DNA of 64,000 nt from a virus (taxonomy: Duplodnaviria > Heunggongvirae > Uroviricota > Caudoviricetes). The notes beneath the pieces are model-generated. The model was not told the origin of the DNA and searched no databases. It saw only the letters and a program-made list of their open reading frames with translations. Both the position numbers and the translations under genes were made by a program. The stretch is from the IMG/VR virus record IMGVR_UViG_2713896908_000007, one strand, 5' to 3'. Shown here piece by piece: positions 40,817 to 51,735 of this stretch; positions within the stretch are counted from its first letter, which is position 1; every line of letters begins with the position of its first letter.

Positions 40817-43800
40817 ATGAATGACGTTACAGTTGTTACATCGGTCACTTACCCATCACCCGAGTCGTTGGCTCTGGTGGCTGATGTGCAATACCACGAA
40901 CCATATCTGTCAGCCGCGCTAAACCGAAAATTCAGGGGAATTGTTGCCCCTGGATTTTATGCCGGTTTCTTGCCTAAGCCTGGTGGTGGGATGAACCTGT
41001 TAATCACCTCAGTGGATGGTGATAAAACTGCTGGCGCTGCGTCAGTGGATATTGGTGAATTCTACCAGGTAACTATTCAGCACCGTAAGGATATTTCTCT
41101 TGCACTTAGTGCAGGTAAGAAATATGCAATTGTGCTGAAGGGAAGATACCTCCTTGGAGAGGATACCTATCAGGTTAATACCGCGTCACATATTCATGCG
41201 GCTGAATTTATTGCCAGAATCTATACCGATTCATATCAGTTGGGAGATGGGGAGCTACTTGTTTGTACGGTAAATATCCCTGCTGGCGTATCTGCCATTA
41301 CCCAGGAGATGATTGATACATCTGAGCGTATCAACCGCACGATCGGCATTGAAATATCAGACTCTGTAACCAGCACCAGAAGTGATGTTGCGGCAAGTTC
41401 GCTGGCAGTTAAAAAAGCCTACGATCTGGCGAAAAGCAAGTATACGGCGCAGGATGCAAGCACAACGCAAAAGGGATTAGTTCAGCTCAGTAGCGAAACT
41501 AACAGCGACAGCGAAACAATGGCGGCTACCCCTAAAGCCGTTAAGTCTGTAAAAGATCTTGCTGATACTAAAGCGCCAATAGAAAGCCCGAATCTGACAG
41601 GGAAACCAGGTGCCCCGACTGCGGCCCCTGGTACAAACAGCAATCAGATCGCAAATACAGCATTTGTTCATGCCGCTATAAACGCGCTTATCAACGGCGC
41701 CCCAGGAACACTGGATACGCTGAAAGAAATTGCGGCCGCTATCAACAACGATCCGAAGTTCGGCACGACTATCAATAATGCGCTGAATCTTAAGGCTCCT
41801 TTAGCAAACCCTGCATTCACCGGAATACCTACCGCGCCTACAGCACCGCAGGGTACAAATAACACACAGATAGCAACGACTGCTTATGTTAGGGCGGCTA
41901 TTTCCGCATTGGTCGGTTCATCTCCTGAAGCTCTGGATACTCTGAATGAGTTAGCTGCGGCGCTTGGCAATGACCCGAACTTTGCGACAACCATGACCAA
42001 TGCACTGGCAGGGAAACAGCCTCTTGATGCAACCTTAACCGCGCTCGCTGCCCTTGCGACTGGTGCAAATAAACTGCCTTATTTCACCGGTAAGGATACG
42101 GTAGCGCAGACTGATTTAACGTCAGTCGGTCGCGATATTCTGGCTAAAACAAGCACACTGGCCGTTATCCAATACCTTGGTTTAAGAGAACTTGGCACAA
42201 GCGGTGAAAAGATTCCCCTGTTGAGCACGGCTAACACATGGAGTGCACGCCAGACTTTCAACGGCGGGATCACCGGGGCGCTGACAGGGAACGCCGACAC
42301 CGCTACAAGATTGCAGACGGCGAGAAAAATTAATGATGTTCTATTTGATGGTTCAAAGGATATCACTTTAACTGCCGAAAACTTAAAGCTTGAGCAAACA
42401 GTAGAATTAGCTGCTGGTGCTTTACAGAAAAAACAGAACGGCGCAGATATTCCAGATAAGGGTGCTTTCCTGAACAATATTAACGCGGTCAGTAAAACAG
42501 ATTTTGCTGCTAAGCGTGGGATGCGTTATGTGCGAGTTAACGCTCCGGCAGGTGTAACGCCCGGAAAATATTACCCTGTTGTTGTAAAACGTAACTCGGG
42601 TTCAACAAGTGAACTTGCATCAAGGGTAGTTATATCCACTAAATCTGTTGGTGGAGCAGATCCTATGAACAACTGCGAGTTCAGCGGATTTGTGATGCCT
42701 GGCGGCTGGACTGACAGAGGGCGTTATGCCTATGGAATGTTCTGGCAATATCACAACAATGAACGAGCAATTCATTCGATAATGATGAGTGCTAAGTCAG
42801 ATGATTTGCACTCTGTATTCTATGTTGATGGTGCTGCTTTCCCTGTCTTTGCATTTATTGAAGATGGCCTGTCAATATCCGCACCGGGTGCTGATCTCGT
42901 TGTTAATGATACGACCTATAAGTTTGGGGCAATAAACCCGGCGACAGAATGTGTCGCGGCTGACGTTATCCTTGATTTTAAAAGTGGGCGTGGTTTTTAT
43001 GAATCTCATTCGTTAATTGTTAACGATAACTTGTCGTGCAAAAAACTTTTCGCAACAGACGAAATTGTAGCGCGTGGTGGTAATCAGATTCGAATGATAG
43101 GCGGGGAATACGGTGCGTTATGGAGAAATGACGGCGCTAAAACTTACCTGCTGCTTACCAACAAAGGTGATGTTTATGGCGAGCATAATGCATTAAGACC
43201 GTTTGCTGTTGATAACGCAACTGGTGAACTGACTGTTGGAACCAAACTATCCGCAAGTCTGAACGGTAACGCATCGACAGCAACCAAGTTACAAAATGCG
43301 ATAAATATTAATGGCGTTAAATTTGATGGTTCCAGTGATATAAATATTAATACGTTAGTATCCCGAAACCGTGTTACAGCATTAAGTGGGAGCGCAAAGG
43401 GTACGCCAGGTATCCAAATGTATGAAGCGTACAACAATGGATATCCTTTTACTTATGGTAACGTTCTTCATCTTACTGGCGCAGCAGCAGTTGGCGAAGG
43501 AGAGTTATTTATTGGGTGGAGTGGGACCAGCGGCGCTCATGCTCCGGCATATATTCGCTCCCGACGAGATACCACAGATGCTAACTGGTCGCCGTGGGCG
43601 CAGCTTTACACGTCAGCTCATCCTCCGGCAGAGTTTTATCCAGTCGGTGCCCCAATTCCGTGGCCTTCTGATGTAGTACCTACAGGTTATGCTATTATGC
43701 AGGGGCAAACTTTTGATAAGTCCGCATACCCAAAACTTGCAGTGGCTTATCCATCTGGTGTTATCCCTGATATGCGTGGATGGACAATCAAGGGTAAACC

Positions 43801-44248
43801 CGCCAGTGGGCGTGCCGTATTGTCTCAGGAACAGGATGGCATCAAGTCGCACACCCACAGTGCCAGCGCATCAAATACTGACCTCGGTACTAAAACGACC
43901 AGCTCATTTGATTACGGGACAAAAACGGTCAGCACGTTTAACCACGGTACAAAAACGACAAACAATACAGGAGCGCATACGCATACTGTCGGTGGTCGTT
44001 ACGGTGGTGACTCCATCGGGGGTAAACAACGCGTACAGGTATCAGGAACCAACCAGGTGTCAAGCTCTGCCGGAGCACATGCCCATACTGTCGATATTGG
44101 TCAGCATAACCACACCGTAGGTATTGGTGCCCATGCGCACACTGTGGCATTGGGTGCGCACGGACATACCATCACGGTTAACGCTACTGGTAATGCGGAA
44201 AACACCGTAAAAAACATTGCATATAACTATATTGTGAGGCTTGCATGA
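40817..44248 (+). CDS. S: tail fibre protein S with C-terminal HxH repeats
   Basis: ATG at 40817 after AAGGA; repeated collar motifs; C-terminal GAHTHT/GAHAHT/GAHGHT repeats of the T4 gp37-type metal-binding tip. Confidence 0.75.
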   Translation: MNDVTVVTSVTYPSPESLALVADVQYHEPYLSAALNRKFRGIVAPGFYAGFLPKPGGGMNLLITSVDGDKTAGAASVDIGEFYQVTIQHRKDISLALSAGKKYAIVLKGRYLLGEDTYQVNTASHIHAAEFIARIYTDSYQLGDGELLVCTVNIPAGVSAITQEMIDTSERINRTIGIEISDSVTSTRSDVAASSLAVKKAYDLAKSKYTAQDASTTQKGLVQLSSETNSDSETMAATPKAVKSVKDLADTKAPIESPNLTGKPGAPTAAPGTNSNQIANTAFVHAAINALINGAPGTLDTLKEIAAAINNDPKFGTTINNALNLKAPLANPAFTGIPTAPTAPQGTNNTQIATTAYVRAAISALVGSSPEALDTLNELAAALGNDPNFATTMTNALAGKQPLDATLTALAALATGANKLPYFTGKDTVAQTDLTSVGRDILAKTSTLAVIQYLGLRELGTSGEKIPLLSTANTWSARQTFNGGITGALTGNADTATRLQTARKINDVLFDGSKDITLTAENLKLEQTVELAAGALQKKQNGADIPDKGAFLNNINAVSKTDFAAKRGMRYVRVNAPAGVTPGKYYPVVVKRNSGSTSELASRVVISTKSVGGADPMNNCEFSGFVMPGGWTDRGRYAYGMFWQYHNNERAIHSIMMSAKSDDLHSVFYVDGAAFPVFAFIEDGLSISAPGADLVVNDTTYKFGAINPATECVAADVILDFKSGRGFYESHSLIVNDNLSCKKLFATDEIVARGGNQIRMIGGEYGALWRNDGAKTYLLLTNKGDVYGEHNALRPFAVDNATGELTVGTKLSASLNGNASTATKLQNAININGVKFDGSSDININTLVSRNRVTALSGSAKGTPGIQMYEAYNNGYPFTYGNVLHLTGAAAVGEGELFIGWSGTSGAHAPAYIRSRRDTTDANWSPWAQLYTSAHPPAEFYPVGAPIPWPSDVVPTGYAIMQGQTFDKSAYPKLAVAYPSGVIPDMRGWTIKGKPASGRAVLSQEQDGIKSHTHSASASNTDLGTKTTSSFDYGTKTVSTFNHGTKTTNNTGAHTHTVGGRYGGDSIGGKQRVQVSGTNQVSSSAGAHAHTVDIGQHNHTVGIGAHAHTVALGAHGHTITVNATGNAENTVKNIAYNYIVRLA

Positions 44249-45114
44249 TTAAGTTAATTCTTTCAGCGCCAGTACATGAAATGGCTGAAGCATTTAAGCG
44301 GGTATTCGCAAATGCAGATAATGTGGATGTTGTAGAAAAAACATTTGAAGCAATCCCGGAATTTGACTGCATGGTCAGTGCGGCAAACAGTTTCGGGCTA
44401 ATGGATGGCGGCGTTGACGCTGCCATTACTGCATTCTTTGGTACTCAGTTACAGACACGTGTTCAGAATCATATTCTTCGTGAATATCTTGGTGAGCAGC
44501 CTGTAGGCACTGCATTTGTTATTGAAACGGGGGATAACAACCATCCCTGGCTGGTACATGCGCCAACAATGCGCGTTCCGCTGACCATTGACGGAACAGA
44601 CGCTGTATATAACGCCACGTGGGCTGCTTTACTTGCCATCTTTCAGCACAATAAAAATGCAACGACAGACAGGAAAATAAAGACGGTGGTATTCCCTGCA
44701 ATGGGGGCCGGATGTGGTCAGGTGCCGTTTGAAAGTGTTGCCCGGCAGATGAAGCAGGCATGGGATAACTTTAATAAAAAAACAGAAGCAATTAACTGGG
44801 AATACGCACACTCCCGCCAGTTGGCAGTATTTAATACATGCGCGTACTGCCCGGGTACTCCTGTTTGTCGTTATGCGGATATTAAATATATTGGACTTGG
44901 CGATTACCGGACGTATTGCTTACGGTCGGGGCAGGTATGCATTAATCCTGAACATCAGGTTGATGACGTGCTGACTAATAATCGTTCTCGCCCGGGGGCG
45001 CATATGCATCAGATTAATCCGGTAAAATCCGTAGGTAATATTGCCATTGGCGCACACAGCCACGGAAGGAATATCACCATTGGTGCTCATTCCCATACCC
45101 CACATAAACAATAA
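44245..45114 (+). CDS. macro-domain protein with C-terminal fibre-tip HxH repeats
   Basis: [18 protein letters not shown] and [14 protein letters not shown] match macro-domain signatures; C-terminal [17 protein letters not shown]; ATGA overlap with S. Confidence 0.75.
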   Translation: MIKLILSAPVHEMAEAFKRVFANADNVDVVEKTFEAIPEFDCMVSAANSFGLMDGGVDAAITAFFGTQLQTRVQNHILREYLGEQPVGTAFVIETGDNNHPWLVHAPTMRVPLTIDGTDAVYNATWAALLAIFQHNKNATTDRKIKTVVFPAMGAGCGQVPFESVARQMKQAWDNFNKKTEAINWEYAHSRQLAVFNTCAYCPGTPVCRYADIKYIGLGDYRTYCLRSGQVCINPEHQVDDVLTNNRSRPGAHMHQINPVKSVGNIAIGAHSHGRNITIGAHSHTPHKQ

Positions 45115-45138
45115 TTCTTTCTCTGATTAGAGGTGAAA

Positions 45139-45717
45139 ATGACTTTCAGAATGAGTGCTGAAGCACAAACCATTCGCGTATTTAATTATCTCGATGGTAC
45201 AAATGAATTTATTGGAGAAAGTGATGCCTATATTCCACCACATACAGGGCTTCCGGCAAACAGCACAGATATTGCTCCTCCTAAGATTCCAGCTGGTTTT
45301 GCCGCTATATTCGACACAACCCGAAACTTATGGAATTTAATAGAGGACCATAGAGGAAAAACTGTTTATCACACTGAAACAGGTGACGCTAAAACTATAT
45401 TTAAATTAGGCGCTTTGCCTGAGGATGTTACGTGCATTCCTCCTGATGATGAGTATCAGAAGTGGAATGGAAATCAATGGGTTACAGACGATGAGGCGAA
45501 GCATCAAGCTCAGATAACCTATGCAAACTCAAAGAAAAATGAGTTGTTAAAGCACGCAAGCGTAGAGATAGCGATCTTACAAGATGCTGTTGATTTATGT
45601 ATTGCAACAGATGAAGAGAAAGTTTTATTAAATGAATGGAAAAAATACAGAGTGCTTGTAAATAGGTTAAATGAAGATGACATCATTCAAATGAAAGTCC
45701 CTGAAATACCAGTTTGA
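45139..45717 (+). CDS. U: tail fibre assembly chaperone
   Basis: Tfa-like protein (FAAIFDTT...W, DEEKVLLNEWKKYRVLVNRL); immediately follows the fibre locus. Confidence 0.7.
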   Translation: MTFRMSAEAQTIRVFNYLDGTNEFIGESDAYIPPHTGLPANSTDIAPPKIPAGFAAIFDTTRNLWNLIEDHRGKTVYHTETGDAKTIFKLGALPEDVTCIPPDDEYQKWNGNQWVTDDEAKHQAQITYANSKKNELLKHASVEIAILQDAVDLCIATDEEKVLLNEWKKYRVLVNRLNEDDIIQMKVPEIPV

Positions 45718-45771
45718 TTTATATATTAATAAGCCACTGTTGACAGGACTGTTTTACAGTGGTTTGTTTTA

Positions 45772-46920
45772 TTATCCAAACCAATTTTCTAGAACATTTT
45801 CAAATTTATGGGTAACTTGCCACCATAAATAGTTCTCTAATACATATTTCTTTCCGTTATTTGCAATTTGTTCTAATTTTTCGGAGTGTAATGTTTCATA
45901 TATATCACTAGCTAAACTTTCTGGCAACATTGGTTCATTTATATGAAATCCTGTATGGTTATTTTTTACAAATTCAACCATTCCACCTCGAGTGCTAACT
46001 AAAACGGGTTTTCCTGCCCCCATAGCTTCTATAGCAACCATGCAGAACGGTTCTTGAAACTGAGATGGGATTACAACTAGATCGGCTATAGGATAGTAAC
46101 GGTACATATCATCTGGTTTTACCCCGCCAACAAGATGACAACGCGAACCAATAGTTCCAGCAAGTTCCCTTACTTGTTTTTGATATGCAGCTTTTTCTCC
46201 TTTATCTTTATTATTGTAGTCACCAACAACTACAAGTTCTATATTGTCACATGATTTTATCAATTTTTTAAACGCTTGTAATAGTAAAACAGTCCCTTTT
46301 TCAGGGGAGATCCTTCCCGCATAAAAGATAACTTTTTTCTCAGAGGGAATGCCTAAATCTTGTTTTGTTAGCGGGGGTAGCCCTTTATCTAGATTGTGTG
46401 GTTCTGTACCATTAGGAACTATACAAATTTCAGCGTCAGGAAGATGTTTTTCATAAAAATCCTTTAAATACTGACTTGGAACAAGCATTTTCACATTGCT
46501 ATCTAGCCCTTTCGGTGTAAAGGCATTATGCATATGCATTATCATTTTTGCGTCAGGAGCTTTCTCTCTAATTTGACGATAAAGTTTCATGCTGTTATGA
46601 ACAATAATAATGCTATCGTTTGTGATATTGAAATCTTTAGCAATGTTTAACACTCGTTGTGAATATGGAATAGGATCTATTCTGCTCCATTTTTGAAATA
46701 TCCGTTTATAAAGACGGCTAAACCCTATTCTATGGATAGAGCATCGCTCATTAACAATATCTTTTTCTGAGAAACCATCCTCTCGAATGCATGCTATACG
46801 ATTTGGTATTCTTGTTCTCTTTGCGACTTGATATATCCAAGTTTCAACAGCTGCTGCGCCACGAGGTGGTATTGAAAATATTGGTGTAACTGTAAATATT
46901 AATTTGTCAATCATGAGCAA
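45772..46920 (-). CDS. GT-B fold glycosyltransferase (GT4-like)
   Basis: 382 aa; C-terminal EPFCMVAIEAMGAGKPVL fits the GT4 E-x7-E region; AT-rich; overlaps the upstream acetyltransferase gene. Confidence 0.7.
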   Translation of the reverse strand: MLMIDKLIFTVTPIFSIPPRGAAAVETWIYQVAKRTRIPNRIACIREDGFSEKDIVNERCSIHRIGFSRLYKRIFQKWSRIDPIPYSQRVLNIAKDFNITNDSIIIVHNSMKLYRQIREKAPDAKMIMHMHNAFTPKGLDSNVKMLVPSQYLKDFYEKHLPDAEICIVPNGTEPHNLDKGLPPLTKQDLGIPSEKKVIFYAGRISPEKGTVLLLQAFKKLIKSCDNIELVVVGDYNNKDKGEKAAYQKQVRELAGTIGSRCHLVGGVKPDDMYRYYPIADLVVIPSQFQEPFCMVAIEAMGAGKPVLVSTRGGMVEFVKNNHTGFHINEPMLPESLASDIYETLHSEKLEQIANNGKKYVLENYLWWQVTHKFENVLENWFG

Positions 46921-47458
46921 CTATCCTCTTATAATCTTTTTCCTTTAAATGTTTTTTTGGGGTTGCGGGAGAGCCCGCATACATTGTATTAGCAGGAACA
47001 TCAGTATTTACAACGCTATTTGCAGCTATAACACTATTGTCTCCTATTTTTACACCTGGTAGCACAGTTGTATTTGCCCCAATCCAAACATTACGGCCTA
47101 TTTTTATTGGAGCGCAAATTGTTTCTTTGGGACGTTTGCTTGGTGTTAGTGGATGCGTGACAGTTGTTAATACAACGTTGGGGCCAATGGCAGAGTTACA
47201 TCCAATATCTATTGTTTTTGCATCGAGAAAAACACAATTTGCGTTAATGAAGACCTTTTTATCAATAATTATATTGCCATTCTCAAAATAAAATGGAGCT
47301 GTTATTGTTGAGTCTTCACTTACTTTAACTCCTGTTTTTTTTAATGTGATTAATTTTTTTCTTTTTGAGATCAAGGTATAATTAAATATATGTCTTGCTT
47401 TCTTTGCTTTCTTTTTTTGAAAAATTATATAGAAATAATATGTTAGCAAATCAAACAT
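46907..47458 (-). CDS. hexapeptide-repeat acetyltransferase
   Basis: Tandem left-handed beta-helix hexapeptides (IGRNVWIGANTTV, IGDNSVIAANSVV); AT-rich. Confidence 0.7.
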   Translation of the reverse strand: MFDLLTYYFYIIFQKKKAKKARHIFNYTLISKRKKLITLKKTGVKVSEDSTITAPFYFENGNIIIDKKVFINANCVFLDAKTIDIGCNSAIGPNVVLTTVTHPLTPSKRPKETICAPIKIGRNVWIGANTTVLPGVKIGDNSVIAANSVVNTDVPANTMYAGSPATPKKHLKEKDYKRIVAHD

Positions 47459-47482
47459 TGTTGTTTTACTTCCATTTAAAAT

Positions 47483-47812
47483 TTAACTATCAAATGTGGC
47501 TCCTATTTCTCGCATTTTGTTAAGTATGATGTTTATTTCATTGCTACCGAGAGAAGTTTGGGCAGCTATGAAAAAAAGTATGTGCAATGACATAGATCTG
47601 TTATTTTCTTTGTTTATATATTTTCTCCACTGGCTATCGCTGCTGACCCCGGCTAGTTCTGCCATTTGATTCCCTGTATACCCAAGCGTTTCTTTGAATT
47701 GACGCAAATCTTGTGATTTGGGGGGGGTGTAGTTGTTTATTAACCTCATATTAAACCCATTATTGGTAAGCTTTCGTTGGTGTAATGGTAGCACCAATGG
47801 GGCTGCTGTCAA
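47483..47812 (-). CDS. small HTH-like protein at the head of the GT/acetyltransferase cassette
   Basis: ORF with a probable HTH (LGYTGNQMAELAGVSSDSQW); start uncertain (track TTG, or internal ATG at 47749). Confidence 0.35.
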   Translation of the reverse strand: MTAAPLVLPLHQRKLTNNGFNMRLINNYTPPKSQDLRQFKETLGYTGNQMAELAGVSSDSQWRKYINKENNRSMSLHILFFIAAQTSLGSNEINIILNKMREIGATFDS

Positions 47813-47889
47813 GCGTCTTTTCTTTATAAATATAGGGAGCCATCAAAATCTGACATTAATTATCTATCGAAATATTTTGAATGACTGGT

Positions 47890-47910
47890 GAGAAGTTACT
47901 TTGCATACCA
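47890..47910 (+). promoter_or_regulatory. candidate late promoter upstream of lydA
   Basis: GAGAAGTTACTTTGCATACCA; the AGTTACTTTGCATA core recurs upstream of other late genes. Confidence 0.35.
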
Positions 47911-47939
47911 TTACCTCCTGACAACGTAGGAGGGAACTT

Positions 47940-48269
47940 GTGCTTGACACACAGGAATTAGCTCCAGTTGCTATTGCGCTCCTGCTTTCAGTAATTGGTG
48001 GGATAGGCACGTTCCTGATGGATGTCCGAGACGGTCGCCAGTCTGGCAATTTGTTGGGATTGGTTACGGAGATCTTTGTTGCAGTGACAGCTGGCGCGGT
48101 GGCGTACCTATTGGGGCAACACGAGGGCTGGGAGTTATCAATTACGTACTTAATGGTAACGATAGCCAGCAATAACGGTCATGAGGTGATTTCAGGGATG
48201 AAACGAGTGAATATCGATAGCATTCTGAATGTTCTTACAAGTTTGGTGAAAAAGGGAGGCGGGAAATGA
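47940..48269 (+). CDS. lydA: holin
   Basis: 109 aa with hydrophobic helices and basic C-terminus; GTG start after AGGAGG; coupled to the next gene. Confidence 0.65.
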   Translation: MLDTQELAPVAIALLLSVIGGIGTFLMDVRDGRQSGNLLGLVTEIFVAVTAGAVAYLLGQHEGWELSITYLMVTIASNNGHEVISGMKRVNIDSILNVLTSLVKKGGGK

Positions 48270-48709
48270 TTGGCTGGGGTGTATGCGCTCTTGCGGCAGC
48301 CTTAGCTGATCGCTATTTGCTAAAACGCAAGGACATCACGAATTTAGAGCTTGGTGATGTGGAAATTAAACCGGGATTTATCCGGGTGCCGTTCAAATAT
48401 CGGTCTAAATTCCCGTTTTTGCGCGGTGCAACGGTCAGATATTGGCTCCGTGATGTTCAGAAGCCGACGACAGTGATTGAAGGCGAACAACGTTGCCTGA
48501 CGTCGGCTGAACAGGGCGAAAACAGTGAATGGTTGTACATACCCACTGAATATATGGGTAAAGGAGAACGACTGTGGCATTTCAACGTCATGGTTACGCA
48601 CGGCGACTCGTTCATTAACCCGTTGTATCGGATTTTCCCTGTTACTCAGCAAATCCGCAGAAGTTACGTAATAAATCTCGCACAGGATGTGTCAGATGAC
48701 GAAAAATAA
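48266..48709 (+). CDS. lydB: lysis regulator (antiholin-like) LydB
   Basis: 147-aa ORF coupled to the holin, as in the P1 lydA-lydB pair. Confidence 0.55.
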   Translation: MIGWGVCALAAALADRYLLKRKDITNLELGDVEIKPGFIRVPFKYRSKFPFLRGATVRYWLRDVQKPTTVIEGEQRCLTSAEQGENSEWLYIPTEYMGKGERLWHFNVMVTHGDSFINPLYRIFPVTQQIRRSYVINLAQDVSDDEK

Positions 48710-49298
48710 GTATGCAACGGTCGATTTTGACCAGGTTAATGAAAAGGGGCTTAAATCCCTTATCACGGCGATCAATAAAACCGGTGTTACGGTAATTGAG
48801 GTTGACTCCAGCAACCGCGCAACTACGAAAGATGGCGTTAAAGTTAAAACCGCAAAGTTGGTTCTTAACGACGGACAAATTCTTGCTATACAGGTAAATG
48901 ATACTGGCGATATATCGTCTGTGAAACTGAATGGAAAAGCTATTCCTAATGCTCAATCGCCAGATATCAAGACGCTTGGTACCGTCATGGGGCAAGCGGC
49001 CCACAAAAACGCTGCAAAATTCCAGAAATCACTGATCGCCAAAGCTAAACGTGTTGCCAATCCGGTAGACAAGAAACCGGCAGTTAAATCCAACTTTCAG
49101 CGCCTGCAAGAGGCAAAACAGCGGAATGCTCAGGTGGTTGCCGCTTATAAATCCGCGCAGAACTCGGTGTCTTTCAATCAACAGCAGATCACTGATTTGC
49201 GGGCGAAGCTGGATAAGGAGACAGGTCGACTCAATAACGAAAAGGCCAGGAATGGCGAACTCAAACGCCGTCTTAAGCAACTGAAAGCAGGAAATTAA
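48696..49298 (+). CDS. Dar-operon protein (hdf-like)
   Basis: About 200-aa ORF immediately upstream of and coupled to darA; basic coiled-coil C-terminus. Confidence 0.45.
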   Translation: MTKNKYATVDFDQVNEKGLKSLITAINKTGVTVIEVDSSNRATTKDGVKVKTAKLVLNDGQILAIQVNDTGDISSVKLNGKAIPNAQSPDIKTLGTVMGQAAHKNAAKFQKSLIAKAKRVANPVDKKPAVKSNFQRLQEAKQRNAQVVAAYKSAQNSVSFNQQQITDLRAKLDKETGRLNNEKARNGELKRRLKQLKAGN

Positions 49299-49299
49299 C

Positions 49300-51219
49300 A
49301 TGGAACAGTTCAATATCAATAAAGGGGTGACGATCAAACCTGGGCTTGACGTGCTTCCCCCGCCAGTGACTGATGATGAATATCGCGCATTAATGGCCGG
49401 TGAGGACCGCTATCTGATGACGGAATCCAACACCCTGGAGGAAATCGAGGCTACGTTCTTCTATGACAAGCCGATCCACTGGTGTGCTACGGATTTACTG
49501 GAGGCGATTAGTTCTACTCGTTTGCAGTTACACCGGACCATGCAGGCATTTGTCCGGGCATTGAACCAGAAGCTGAATGGTACCGGAATCTCTGCGGGGA
49601 GTGATAAAACGGGGGATGTGGCCCAGAGCGGCGCGCGCGCGATCGGCGGCGCTGAAATTGGTCGGGCACGTAACGTTAACGGGCTGCCGGTCCTGCCAGC
49701 CATTATTCCGCTCAGTGATGGTCAGACTATCAGCATTTTGTTTCATAGCCCGACAGCGGAAAACCGGATCACCAATAGCGATACGCTGGTTGCTTTCCAG
49801 TTCTTACTGAATAAAAAAGACGTTACTCACACCGTTGCTCCGATGAGTGGACGTGATATGACGCTGGCGCAGGTCACCATGAAACTTGCCAACCTTGCAG
49901 AGAAAAACTCGGCAAAATTCCAGCGTGCGCAGAAGAAGAAAAAAGCCCTGGTTGATGAAATAACCCAACTACAGGCTGACAGTGACCAGAAAGAGGATGC
50001 CATGAGCGACCTCGCGGATCAGGTGGCAGCGGTAGAAGGCCAGAAGGCAGATCTGGAGCAGAAAATTAACGCGGTTGCTTCGGAAGCGGATTCTCTTTAT
50101 CAAGAAAATGAGCGTTTGCAGGCGGAGATTGAGCAGCTCAATCGCACTGGTGGGCGCGATACCATTGCTCCAACGGGGATGACTGGTGGGCACTCTCGCG
50201 CGCTGACGGATCGCCTTGCCAGTATCAAAAATCGTATGCATATGGACGGGGAAGCGACGCTCAGTAATGGTGCATCAATGAAGCAATTCATTGGGGACGG
50301 CAAAGGGTATGTCCAGTTAACCGATCCGGATGGCAGCGTGTACATGATCAAGGCTAAATCCATACAGGGTGTGGACATGGCAGATGCGATCGGCAAGCTG
50401 TTTAAAGCCTATAAAGCGGGTAACGTATCGGAATATCTGGTCCAACCAGAAGAGCCTAAACCGGAAAACGTCGAACCTGAACCAGCGGAAGATACCGGTA
50501 GCTCTTCGCCTGAACCAGAAGTCTCTGTAGGTGCATATCGATATGCCCTGCAAATGCGTCCGGCGGCCCCAGGCGCGATACCTGAAGGTAACAAAGCAAT
50601 TCTGCCGTGCCCTGATGAAGGTGACCCGTATTATGAATATGCGCGCTACGGCATTGTTACTTACGATACCCCGCTTTCTGATCAGCAAATGAGTGAGTAC
50701 GACCTGAAGTTATTGCCTCGCGAGGATTCTTTCGACTTCCTGGCGAAGACACTTACTAATGGTCCGTTTGGCAAATATGCACAAAAAGCTCTGGAGCTGG
50801 CCACCAGCTCACCAGACGAGTTCCGCGTAATGCTGAAAACTCAGTTTCAAAAAACTTTCCCCAATATTGCGTTTCCGGGGGGCGCAGGCACCGAGAAAAT
50901 GGTGCAGAGCATGATCAATGCATTGCAGGCCGAAGTCGGTGAGATTACTCAACCAGAATCGGCCCCGGAACAGCATGATGAAAAGGTTAGCGAAGCAGAT
51001 GCAGAGGCTAATAAAGCCATTGAATATCTCAATAACGTGATGGATATGCAAAGCACTGACATGGCGGAGATCCGCAACGCCAGGGGCAATGTCAGGGAAG
51101 CGATTGCTGCCCTTCAGGCTGCCGGACGTTTTGATGAAAACGAAGAGCTGGTTAACGGCGCAGCTCGCCACCTGGCTGATCTGCTGGTAGCAATCCAGAA
51201 AGCGGGAGGAGCGGCATGA
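49300..51219 (+). CDS. darA: antirestriction capsid protein DarA
   Basis: 639 aa, same length and operon position as remembered P1 DarA. Confidence 0.65.
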   Translation: MEQFNINKGVTIKPGLDVLPPPVTDDEYRALMAGEDRYLMTESNTLEEIEATFFYDKPIHWCATDLLEAISSTRLQLHRTMQAFVRALNQKLNGTGISAGSDKTGDVAQSGARAIGGAEIGRARNVNGLPVLPAIIPLSDGQTISILFHSPTAENRITNSDTLVAFQFLLNKKDVTHTVAPMSGRDMTLAQVTMKLANLAEKNSAKFQRAQKKKKALVDEITQLQADSDQKEDAMSDLADQVAAVEGQKADLEQKINAVASEADSLYQENERLQAEIEQLNRTGGRDTIAPTGMTGGHSRALTDRLASIKNRMHMDGEATLSNGASMKQFIGDGKGYVQLTDPDGSVYMIKAKSIQGVDMADAIGKLFKAYKAGNVSEYLVQPEEPKPENVEPEPAEDTGSSSPEPEVSVGAYRYALQMRPAAPGAIPEGNKAILPCPDEGDPYYEYARYGIVTYDTPLSDQQMSEYDLKLLPREDSFDFLAKTLTNGPFGKYAQKALELATSSPDEFRVMLKTQFQKTFPNIAFPGGAGTEKMVQSMINALQAEVGEITQPESAPEQHDEKVSEADAEANKAIEYLNNVMDMQSTDMAEIRNARGNVREAIAALQAAGRFDENEELVNGAARHLADLLVAIQKAGGAA

Positions 51220-51602
51220 CACTATCAGCTATTGAGTTAATGGACCTCAGCGATAAGTTGGATGCTCTGATGTCCAAAGCTGCTACCGCGAGTGGCATGG
51301 AGTTGCTGGATATCAGCGATGAAATTGACCAGATCATGCAACAGATGGGGTACGGCGCGTCCGGCGGCGGTAGTGGCGAGGAAAAACAACCTTCAGTACA
51401 TGATGGTGTGCCAAAACTGGTTGCTGATTTCCTGGCTGATAAATTCGTCGATCAGAGCACCGATGCATTTATCGGCACCTTGCAGGACTTGAGTCAATAT
51501 GTTGGCACATACATCGACCTGGACCAGGTTAAACAGCACACGGCGGCATGGATAGCCGCCAACATTAAAGAGGCTTCAGGTGTTCGCAGCAACTCTACAT
51601 GA
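51216..51602 (+). CDS. DdrA-like small acidic protein
   Basis: 128-aa ORF coupled to darA. Confidence 0.45.
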   Translation: MTLSAIELMDLSDKLDALMSKAATASGMELLDISDEIDQIMQQMGYGASGGGSGEEKQPSVHDGVPKLVADFLADKFVDQSTDAFIGTLQDLSQYVGTYIDLDQVKQHTAAWIAANIKEASGVRSNST

Positions 51603-51663
51603 GCTGTAGTTTTCGAAGATTCTCACAAGTTCATTTCGCGTAGGTATTTATTTAACCATTAAA

Positions 51664-51701
51664 GCCGAATGCGGCGGGCACACCACATTCGGCAATTTTT
51701 T
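51664..51701. terminator. rho-independent terminator between convergent ddrA-like gene and gldA
   Basis: GCCGAATG ... CATTCGGC hairpin followed by AATTTTTT. Confidence 0.65.
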
Positions 51702-51735
51702 GAAAACTATCAATGAATTAAATAATCAGAGGGGC

